A stretch of DNA of 64,000 nucleotides, taken from positions 17,209 through 81,208 of the forward strand of contig CAVXDP010000008.1 in the NCBI GenBank assembly GCA_963760485.1, written 5' to 3'. The translations under genes were made by a program, and so were the position numbers. Within the stretch, counting starts at the first letter, position 1. Each line of letters opens with the position of its first letter. Positions 33,983 to 41,434 of the stretch are shown here, piece after piece. The notes beneath the pieces are model-generated. The model saw only the letters and a list, made by a program, of their open reading frames with translations. It made no database searches and had not been told where the DNA came from. The DNA is from Candidatus Bathyarchaeota archaeon. GTDB taxonomy: Archaea > Thermoproteota > Bathyarchaeia > 40CM-2-53-6 > CAVXDP01.

Positions 33983-34150
33983 GGGCCAAGGTAGAATTGT
34001 GTGTATATACCTTGGTGCGCGCCGCTTGAAATCGGGCTGTTAGGCCAAGGTAATTTTGTGTGTACCTCCTGGTGCGACCGCCCTAAGACCAAACCATGAT
34101 TCTTGAAATGTGTGTGCGCACCAAGGTATACCACCACCAAACCCTCTTTA
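33983..34150. repeat. Cluster of TGTGT-arm repeat copies 5-7
   Basis: GAATTGTGTGTATATACCTTGGTGCGC; AATTTTGTGTGTACCTCCTGGTGCGACCG; AAATGTGTGTGCGCACCAAGGTATACC. Confidence 0.85.
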
Positions 34151-34342
34151 GCGCTTAGGGCTTACACGATTAAACCAATATCTTTATATGATGGTAAACT
34201 CATATGGATATAGGTGAATAAGCGAACGTTGGGTGAATGAAATGATAACAAGAAAAGTAACAGCGGGCATCCGCGATTTTGCTTACTGGAAGAACGCCTG
34301 ACGTCTGCAAATCCTGTATGAGAATTGATGTTGGTAAATGGA

Positions 34343-34486
34343 ATGGGTCGAATCAGTGTGGAACTCTCTGATGAGCTGGAAAAGAAGTTAAGGTTCAAAA
34401 CGGTGGAGAGATTTGGCGGGAAAAAGGGCGACCTATCAAGATCTGTTGAAGAAGCCGTAAAGACATGGGTTGCCAAAGAAAAATAA
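34343..34486 (+). CDS. Small ribbon-helix-helix (CopG-like) DNA-binding protein, 47 aa (not in the ORF track)
   Basis: Manual translation MGRISVELSDELEKKLRFKTVERFGGKKGDLSRSVEEAVKTWVAKEK: beta-strand, helix, G-S turn, helix pattern. Confidence 0.8.
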   Translation: MGRISVELSDELEKKLRFKTVERFGGKKGDLSRSVEEAVKTWVAKEK

Positions 34487-34741
34487 ATGAAGAAAAAATC
34501 TGCTTGAATAGCTCAAGGTAAGTAGGGGAATTAGCTCAGTTGCGAAAAGGCTCCCCTCTTATAGTATGAACGTGTATTCTTCTCTTTCTCAGTCTGTTGT
34601 CAATCCTAATTGGAGACAGGTTCGTGAATATGGGAGCTTACCACGTTTCGACAACTTACGAACCTAGACCCCGAGCTACTATGAGTTTGTCTTTGGTAGA
34701 TTCTCAACTATGTGTGGGAAGTCAGCTGCGGTTTGCGTTCG

Positions 34742-35884
34742 TTATTGATTTTGGTCAAAGACCCAAGATGCTCTGCTAAGGATCTCTCCAATTGGCAAGT
34801 GCTGTGTGCAAAGCTTCTCGCATCTTCTGCATCTTATGCATAGTTTGGCCCGGTTTTCTGGAGTGATCTGTTCCCAGTATTTTCTCTTGATCTCATTGTC
34901 TCTTCCTTTTGCAAGGTATTCGTTGTACAGGGATAGTATCTGAGGTATGTTCACTCCTTGAGGACAGGGCATGCAATATCTGCACCCAGTGCAACCTAGT
35001 AATCCTATTTCATTGTATTTCTTGGCGACGCGATCGAAGATTTTCAGTTCTTTCTGAGTTAGGGAGTTGGGAATAGAAGTGTTGGCGGTGTCCAAGTTCT
35101 CTTTTACCTGTTCTAATGTGCTCATGCCGCTGAGAACAACGGATACCTCTGGGTGATTCCAAACCCATTGCAGAGCCAGCTTCGCGGGCTTGGAATGGAT
35201 GCCTGCTTTGTCCCAAATAGCCTGAACCGCTTTTGGTGGTGTGGCGGCCAAGTTTCCGCCAGCTATTGGCTCCATAACGATGATTGGAAGCCCCTTAGAA
35301 GCTGCGTACTTGAGCCCTCTTCTGCCGGCTTGGTACTCTGTGTCAACGTAGTTGTATTGGATCTGGCAGAAAGTCCAGTCGTAGCTGTCTACGATTTTTT
35401 TGAACAAAGGGTATTCGTCATGAAAACTGAAGCCTAGATAACCTATCTTTCCTTGTTGTATCTTTCTCTCAGCCCAGTCGAAAACGCCCAGTCGCCTCAG
35501 TTTCGGCCAAACCTCTTTTTCAAGACCGTGGAGGAGGTAAAAGTCAATTTGGTCAACCTGGAGTCTGCGGAGCTGGATTCTTAGGAACTTGTTCATATCT
35601 CGCTGCGAGTTCACGAGCCAAGTTGGCATCTTGGTAGCTACACGCACTTTTTCTCGATAGCCATTGTCCAAAGCCTTTCCGACCAAGACCTCGCTATAGC
35701 CCTTGTGATACGGGTAGGCCGTGTCCACATAGTTGACACCATGATCGATGGCATACCGTATCATGCGAATCGCTTTTGCCTCATCGATTTTCGCATCATC
35801 CGCTCCTTTGATAGGTAATCTCATTGCCCCTAATCCCAGAGCTGATACGTTCCAGTCTAGTTTCCCAAACTTCCTGTACCTCAT
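34742..35884 (-). CDS. Aldo/keto reductase with C-terminal 4Fe-4S dicluster domain
   Basis: LGLGAMRLP, DTAYPYH, ATKMP, DFYLLH, GFSFH, CTGCRYCMPCP, CIRCRRCEKLC. Confidence 0.92.
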   Translation of the reverse strand: MRYRKFGKLDWNVSALGLGAMRLPIKGADDAKIDEAKAIRMIRYAIDHGVNYVDTAYPYHKGYSEVLVGKALDNGYREKVRVATKMPTWLVNSQRDMNKFLRIQLRRLQVDQIDFYLLHGLEKEVWPKLRRLGVFDWAERKIQQGKIGYLGFSFHDEYPLFKKIVDSYDWTFCQIQYNYVDTEYQAGRRGLKYAASKGLPIIVMEPIAGGNLAATPPKAVQAIWDKAGIHSKPAKLALQWVWNHPEVSVVLSGMSTLEQVKENLDTANTSIPNSLTQKELKIFDRVAKKYNEIGLLGCTGCRYCMPCPQGVNIPQILSLYNEYLAKGRDNEIKRKYWEQITPENRAKLCIRCRRCEKLCTQHLPIGEILSRASWVFDQNQ

Positions 35885-36475
35885 GAGAAGTCACTTTCTC
35901 CTGCGCAGCCGAGAGATCACATTCGTGGCGACAAGTATCTAGATTTGATTGAACAAGAATTCTTTGTTACTCACTCTTTTCAAGCTGACTCACGCCTTGT
36001 AAGCTCCATGGGTCATCTTTCCTGCAACAACCAAATTACCTTCCGTAATTTCCAAGAGAGAGCAGTCCATGGATGCATAGTTCAAATCCCATCCCGCCCG
36101 CCACAAAACTTTCCGGTTTTGATAAGATAGAATCATTTTGAGTGTTTCCATTCGCAGTACAGTCTTCACTGAAGCGTGACTAGGTACTGGCACAAAACGT
36201 GAAACCAGAAAACGTGGAATCAGTAAGACTACTATATCGTACGGCAAGCAGCGAATGCGGACGCAGAAGCGTCTTTGAATCTTTAGGAAGAATTATCCAA
36301 AAGCTTTCACAATTGTGTGTGTGCGCACCAAAAGATACTACACACACTTCTATCATGGCCTGATCTCTATAGGAAGAAAGTCTAGGTCCTTTGCGTAGGG
36401 TTGCAGCCGCTCGCGTCGTCGGAAGTTCCTTATTCGAGCGTTAGTGCTATGTTGTATCTGAGAGGTGACTAATGT

Positions 36476-36595
36476 ATGGCAAGCAAGAGAAGTAGGGGAG
36501 CTAAGAAAGCGTGGACGACTGCTAGAGATAACAAGGTGGCGGAAGCACGCAAGAAGAAGAAGGACCGCAAAGCCGCCTATTCCACGTATCACTAG
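36476..36595 (+). CDS. Small highly basic protein, 39 aa (not in the ORF track)
   Basis: GAGGTGA SD 7 nt before ATG; MASKRSRGAKKAWTTARDNKVAEARKKKKDRKAAYSTYH. Confidence 0.5.
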   Translation: MASKRSRGAKKAWTTARDNKVAEARKKKKDRKAAYSTYH

Positions 36596-36762
36596 GAACA
36601 CTGTTCTATTAATGAGAACGCACCCATGGCGAAGTGGTCCTAGGTTTCAGGTGCTCGAACTGCCTGAAAGGTTAGGCCACTCGCCGTTTGGACCAAAAGA
36701 GTAGTAGGAGTTCGCTTCAGTTAAGAAACATTTTAGAAACATTCCTTCATAAGACTCAAACA

Positions 36763-37176
36763 ATGAAAACGACAATATCCATTAAGAGTTCACTCATAGC
36801 TCCTTGTGGAATGAATTGCGGAATCTGTATGGCATATCTTAGAGAGAAAAAGAGTTGCCCTGGTTGTAGAGGAAGCAATGATAACAAATCATTTAGTTGC
36901 GTCAATTGCAGAATCAGAAACTGTGATGAGTTAAAGAATCATAATATGACATTTTGCCTTGAATGTGAAAAACTGCCCTGTGTGAGATTAAGAACATTAG
37001 ACAAAAGATATCGAACCAAATACAATATGAGTATGATTGAAAACCTTGAAACTATCAAAACATTTGGAATAAGAAAATTTGTCAAAAATGAAAAAGTTCG
37101 ATGGACTTGCTTGAAATGTGGAGGGATAATTTGTGTTCATAGAGGATTCTGCTTTAGTTGTGGAGAACAGAGCTAG
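36763..37176 (+). CDS. DUF3795-family Cys-rich protein
   Basis: IAPCGMNCGIC, CPGCR, CRIRNC, FCLECEKLPC, SMIENL, WTCLKCGG..CVH; visibly AT-rich. Confidence 0.85.
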   Translation: MKTTISIKSSLIAPCGMNCGICMAYLREKKSCPGCRGSNDNKSFSCVNCRIRNCDELKNHNMTFCLECEKLPCVRLRTLDKRYRTKYNMSMIENLETIKTFGIRKFVKNEKVRWTCLKCGGIICVHRGFCFSCGEQS

Positions 37177-37456
37177 CTAGCCTTCAATAGCATTCTTAGG
37201 ACACACAGAGAAGGAGGGGGCCTGGGGGATTCCTCCCCACCATTAACTACTATCAACACCTTTCTCGTCGTCGCTTCAGGTGGTGCGCACACACACAATT
37301 CAACCATTCGTTTAGGAATCGAAAATCTGAAATCTGTCGATAGACGCTAGTGTCAGGTAGCTTTCCGAGATTCGCTGTTACCAGAGGGTAAATGGTGCAC
37401 CTGCAAGAAGTGATAAATCGTCTAGACGCCAAAACGTTGGCCGCAGGCTGAAGTAA

Positions 37457-37951
37457 ATGGCAGAGAAATCCCGCTCAAGACGTAGATTTCTGAAGCATAC
37501 TGCCATGAGTTCGGTTGTTGCGATTGTGGGTTTTGCTGTCGCTGGATATGTTCTTCTAGGCCATCAGTCGCAGGAATGTTTTGGAATATACCTCATAGAG
37601 AACAACAAACTGGTGATATCGGACGAAGACATTGTATGGTACAATAGAACTTCTCATGAAATCAGACTTACCGAATTAGGAGTGAAGAAGATTGAGGAAT
37701 TGCAGGTGTCTGTATATGGCAACCCCTTTGTTGTAAAGATTGGCGGAGAAAAAATCTACAATGGATTATTTGTTACCCCTATCTCATCTGTATCCCAGCC
37801 ACCTTCAGAAGTAGTAATAGAGACTGTAGTTCAGAATAATACCATAAAGATACAGATGGGTTATCCTCCTTCACAATCTGGAGCTGAAGATCCAAGAAAC
37901 AATTCTAAGATATTTGACCATTTTCAAAGTATCAACAAATTAGTTCAGTGA
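37457..37951 (+). CDS. Hypothetical exported/membrane-anchored protein with twin-arginine-like motif
   Basis: SRRRFLK followed by a hydrophobic helix; soluble beta-rich remainder ending DPRNNSKIFDHF. Confidence 0.7.
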   Translation: MAEKSRSRRRFLKHTAMSSVVAIVGFAVAGYVLLGHQSQECFGIYLIENNKLVISDEDIVWYNRTSHEIRLTELGVKKIEELQVSVYGNPFVVKIGGEKIYNGLFVTPISSVSQPPSEVVIETVVQNNTIKIQMGYPPSQSGAEDPRNNSKIFDHFQSINKLVQ

Positions 37952-37968
37952 ACAAACATAATGGGTTA

Positions 37969-37996
37969 GATGTGTGTGTATACCTTGGTGTGGCGC
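37969..37996 (+). repeat. TGTGT-arm repeat copy 10
   Basis: GTGTGTGTATACCTTGGTG is the exact reverse complement of 29652-29670. Confidence 0.8.
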
Positions 37997-38052
37997 TAGA
38001 TTTGGACCACTGATTGGCTTTCCCGCAGACACGAACAGAAAAGTTGCTTGAA

Positions 38053-38430
38053 CTAATCCAAGAGTTCAATCCAGATACCGTCTGGATCTTTGATGTAGAC
38101 CTCGGTTCCCTTAGCCTCAGATGGTTTGACAGCAACGTCAACTCCTTTCTTCACAAGCTCTACGTAAGCATGCTTCACATTTCTCACAGAAAAAGCGAGA
38201 TGATCAAGTTCTTCGCCTCTTGTATACTTCTTGTAGAACCTGCTGCCTTTCGGGTACCAGTTGAGTTCTAGTCTCTGTGGTGAACCAGGGCTCTTGAGGT
38301 GTACGTATCGTCCGCCATGAGGCATCTTACCGCGACTAATCTTTTTCATGCCTAAGACGTCCACGTAGAACCTTTCTGAACGATTCAGATCCCTTACTCT
38401 AATCCCTGTGTAGGTGAACCGGAATTTCAT
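38053..38430 (-). CDS. VOC / glyoxalase-family protein
   Basis: YTGIRVRDL..S..FY..VLG, LELNWY, LDHLAF, DPDGIWIEL. Confidence 0.9.
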   Translation of the reverse strand: MKFRFTYTGIRVRDLNRSERFYVDVLGMKKISRGKMPHGGRYVHLKSPGSPQRLELNWYPKGSRFYKKYTRGEELDHLAFSVRNVKHAYVELVKKGVDVAVKPSEAKGTEVYIKDPDGIWIELLD

Positions 38431-38543
38431 TTGTATCCAAAGAATTGAGTTGTCAACAAAACCATTTACGTTCTTCGCCAGTACTGGTCAGGCCATGGTA
38501 GGTAGAGTATGCTGGCACTGCTATAACAACGAGTACAACATCT

Positions 38544-38981
38544 ATGGGCTCCACGAGTGCTCAAACAACTACTTCAACTACTGTTGTCACCACAGTGACC
38601 TATCAAGGAACAGAGTTGAAACTGCAAGTCACGAGTAATTCAACTATTTCAGGCTTGAGTTTCAACAAGAATACACGATTGATGAACTTCACAGTGAGTG
38701 GCCGCGATGGAACAAATGGTTTCTGCAGCGTTCACATATCGAAGGAGCTGTTAGATGGAAAACCAATTGTTCTACTGGATGGAAACCAAATACAAGCTGG
38801 TGTAAGTCAAGACGAAGCCAACTACTATGTCTATTTCACATACAATCATAGCAGTCACAATGTAGCGATTGGGGGATCTAACTCCATACCTGAATTTCTA
38901 TATGCTTTGACTACGTTGCTGTTGGTCTTGAGTGTTCTTCTGTTTGCAACGAAGACAAAACGTAGATATTGTCAAATGTAA
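38544..38981 (+). pseudogene. C-terminal fragment of a PEF-CTERM surface protein
   Basis: Thr-rich linker, SNSTIS..F...FTVSG..GT.GF...YVYFTYNHSSH domain, IPEF + TM + basic tail; in-frame TAG just upstream, no signal peptide. Confidence 0.6.
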
Positions 38982-39348
38982 TGACACAACGTTGTTGTAG
39001 GAGAGAGGGGAATCGGAGGGTCAGGGGTGCAATCCTTCCCCTCTCAGGTTGGCAAGAAAAACTATTCCAGTGCCTAACCTACGAACATGTATCATCAAAT
39101 CAATCTTAAACAAGAGACATAACCGAAACTAAACGACTTTCACTGGGCACGTAATTATTCCCATTCTATTCATACTGATTATGTAACCCTTGCGAGACTC
39201 GTTCTGAAGTTTCTAATTGTGATACCTTGGCAGATTCTAGGATGGATCCATGTTAGACGAGCCACAAAAGCCGGAAGTGTTCAACATTAGCTGTATTGGT
39301 TAGCCACAGCACCCAGAATTTGAGAACCCAGGTTTAACTTACATCGCC

Positions 39349-39894
39349 CTATGACCGTCTACCCTGATAGGTTGTGCCATAGCTTTCCAATGATATTATC
39401 TCTTCCAACTTTTTTCTTGGTCTTACAGTATGGACGATCCTAGCCAACGGGTCGATCTTGTCACATGAGTATCCTAGAGCGATCAGCGCAACAATCTCGT
39501 ATTCATCAGGAAGCATCAGTATCTTGCGAATATCTTCATTGTTGAAGCTTCCAATCCAACATGTTCCAAGCGCCAAGGCTGTTGCTGCCAGGACCATGTG
39601 CTCAAGGGCAATCGTAGTATCTACAGCATACCATTTGGGAGAGGTTTTCTTGTTTCCACAGCCAACAATTACCACAGGTGATTCAGCCAAGAACTTTCCA
39701 TACTTACATGCTTTAGCAATGCTAACCCGCTTATCTTTGTCTCTTACGATGATGAAGTGCCAAGGCTGTAGATTAGCAGCCGAAGGCGCCAACCTAGCAG
39801 CTTCCAACACCTTGACAAGAACGTCTTCGGGTATCGGTGTCGATACGTAAGACCTTACCGACTTTCTTTGTCTGATAGTATCGAAAATATCCAC
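39349..39894 (-). CDS. Nitroreductase family protein
   Basis: RKSVRSY, AARLAPSAANLQPWHF, LGTCWIG. Confidence 0.92.
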   Translation of the reverse strand: MDIFDTIRQRKSVRSYVSTPIPEDVLVKVLEAARLAPSAANLQPWHFIIVRDKDKRVSIAKACKYGKFLAESPVVIVGCGNKKTSPKWYAVDTTIALEHMVLAATALALGTCWIGSFNNEDIRKILMLPDEYEIVALIALGYSCDKIDPLARIVHTVRPRKKLEEIISLESYGTTYQGRRS

Positions 39895-39904
39895 TTAATT
39901 CCCT

Positions 39905-40291
39905 CTATTCTGCCCGTTCTATTTCGATTTTCTCTCCACTTTTCACTTTGGTTAGATATTTTGTGTCTCCGATGATTCTTCCAAACACGTTTACCGAGCT
40001 GGCTGCCTTTGGTTGACTTCCTGTACTGGCTGGAGTGGTTCCGAAGAATATGCAGAAACAGTTTCCGGGAGGCCAGTAAGCCAAATCTCCAATGTTTACT
40101 TCTTCTTGGCTCTTTTCTTCTGGTACTTTTACAGGGATGCTGAAGTAGATTTCTTCTCCCCATCTGTTAACCATTCCTTTGATTGGCAACGCTTTCCAGA
40201 TGGCTTCAGCAGTCTTCGGGTTTTTTTCGGACATAATCTCCGCAGGAATGTCGCCTATTGATTGAGTCTTGATTCTGATCTTCCTGTCCAT
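39905..40291 (-). CDS. Cyclophilin-like fold protein (DUF369/TM1367-like)
   Basis: LPI.G..NRWGEEIYF, GDLAYWPPGNCFCIFFG.TP. Confidence 0.85.
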   Translation of the reverse strand: MDRKIRIKTQSIGDIPAEIMSEKNPKTAEAIWKALPIKGMVNRWGEEIYFSIPVKVPEEKSQEEVNIGDLAYWPPGNCFCIFFGTTPASTGSQPKAASSVNVFGRIIGDTKYLTKVKSGEKIEIERAE

Positions 40292-40490
40292 TTTGAATCA
40301 ATCTCGCGTTTGAACAATACCTCGGAAGCGTTTAGCACACTGCCGTAAAATCTCTCTTATGATGCCCTTAAAGGATCTGGCGTAGCATAAAAGAGAAGGA
40401 TCGATCTGGAAAGAAGTAGTTATCCAATTGCATGCCCATTGTATGCGTTAAGTATTGCAGGCACAGCTAGGATGCTGCTGTGTAACCTTG

Positions 40491-41264
40491 ATGAGCGATC
40501 TAATCGGTTTGGTGGGCCTCTTCTTTGCAGGCATAGTCGCAGGCGCTATCAATTCCGTGGCTGGTGGTGGCACGCTCATCTCTTTTCCTTCACTTGTAGC
40601 GTTTGGCCAACCAGAGATAATCTCTAATGCAACAAACACAGCGGCATTGTGGCCTGGGTCGCTTAGCAGCGCTCTCAGTTATCGAAAGGACACATCGGTC
40701 CAGCGCAGTTTGGTTATCACTCTTGCTATCCCCAGTCTGATTGGCGGTCTTCTTGGTGCCATGATTCTAGTTGTCACGCCTGCGGCGGCTTTCAAACGTG
40801 TCGTCCCATTCTTGGTTCTCTTTGCTACTTTGGTATTTGCGTTACGCGAGCTTCTTACTCGAAGATTTGGCAGTATTTCTACTGGCGCAGAGTGTGTGAC
40901 AACTGTTGGGCGAATCTGGGGTTTCATCTTTCAACTGTTCGTCGCTACTTACGGCGGCTACTTTGGGGCAGGCATAGGTATCCTCATGTTGGGATCTTTG
41001 AGTCTGATGGGTCTGCGTGATATTCACAAGATAAACGCAATCAAGACTCTGCTCGCCGCTATCATCAATGTAACTGCATTCGTTTTCTTTGCACTCGAAG
41101 GATTGGTAGTCTGGCCTTTGATGATTCTTATGGCGACAGGTTCTATTATTGGTGGCTACGGAGGCGCACGGTTAGCTAAACGGGTGAAACCTCGTCTTCT
41201 CTACTTGTTCGTGGTTGCCGTAGGCCTGCTGGTTTCAGGCTGGCTCTTTATCAGATCGTTCTAG
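40491..41264 (+). CDS. TSUP / TauE-SafE family transporter
   Basis: AGAINSVAGGGTLISFP, NATNT, YGGYFGAGIGIL. Confidence 0.9.
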   Translation: MSDLIGLVGLFFAGIVAGAINSVAGGGTLISFPSLVAFGQPEIISNATNTAALWPGSLSSALSYRKDTSVQRSLVITLAIPSLIGGLLGAMILVVTPAAAFKRVVPFLVLFATLVFALRELLTRRFGSISTGAECVTTVGRIWGFIFQLFVATYGGYFGAGIGILMLGSLSLMGLRDIHKINAIKTLLAAIINVTAFVFFALEGLVVWPLMILMATGSIIGGYGGARLAKRVKPRLLYLFVVAVGLLVSGWLFIRSF

Positions 41265-41336
41265 CTGACCACTGAGTTTAGTCACCAGAAAACTGAAGAA
41301 GGATTTGGTAGCGGGGGATGTTACTGGGTCCCGTTT

Positions 41337-41363
41337 GAAGTGTGTGTATGCCCTAATGCGCTC
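41337..41363 (+). repeat. Degenerate TGTGT-arm repeat copy 11
   Basis: GAAGTGTGTGTATGCCCTAATGCGCTC aligns with the consensus left arm and core. Confidence 0.5.
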
Positions 41364-41434
41364 TCTCTGGGGGTTCAGGGCCATGCAAAATCGATCTCCA
41401 CTTGCAAGAAGCTTTTGCATACGCCTTGGTTCGA

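Larger units (their letters stand above)
36311..37300. mobile_element. Putative non-autonomous cassette bounded by perfect 20-bp terminal inverted repeats
   Basis: AATTGTGTGTGTGCGCACCA (36311-36330) is the exact reverse complement of TGGTGCGCACACACACAATT (37281-37300); no transposase inside. Confidence 0.6.

Noticed and set aside
34525..34542. tRNA-Ala-like 5' fragment GGGGAATTAGCTCAGTTG
   Set aside because: Only 18 nt, with no anticodon or T arm; it sits in a hairpin similar to 39003-39045 and is not callable as a tRNA or att site.
35945..36260. ORFs 35945-36130 and 35990-36247 as genes
   Set aside because: No recognisable motifs or start signals; likely intergenic or decayed sequence.
29584..41363. 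Classical integron attC sites, or tRNA 3' ends (CGCACCA), as the identity of the dispersed repeats
   Set aside because: No RYYYAAC/GTTRRRY boxes, mixed orientation, no T-loop upstream of CGCACCA, and no intI in the window.
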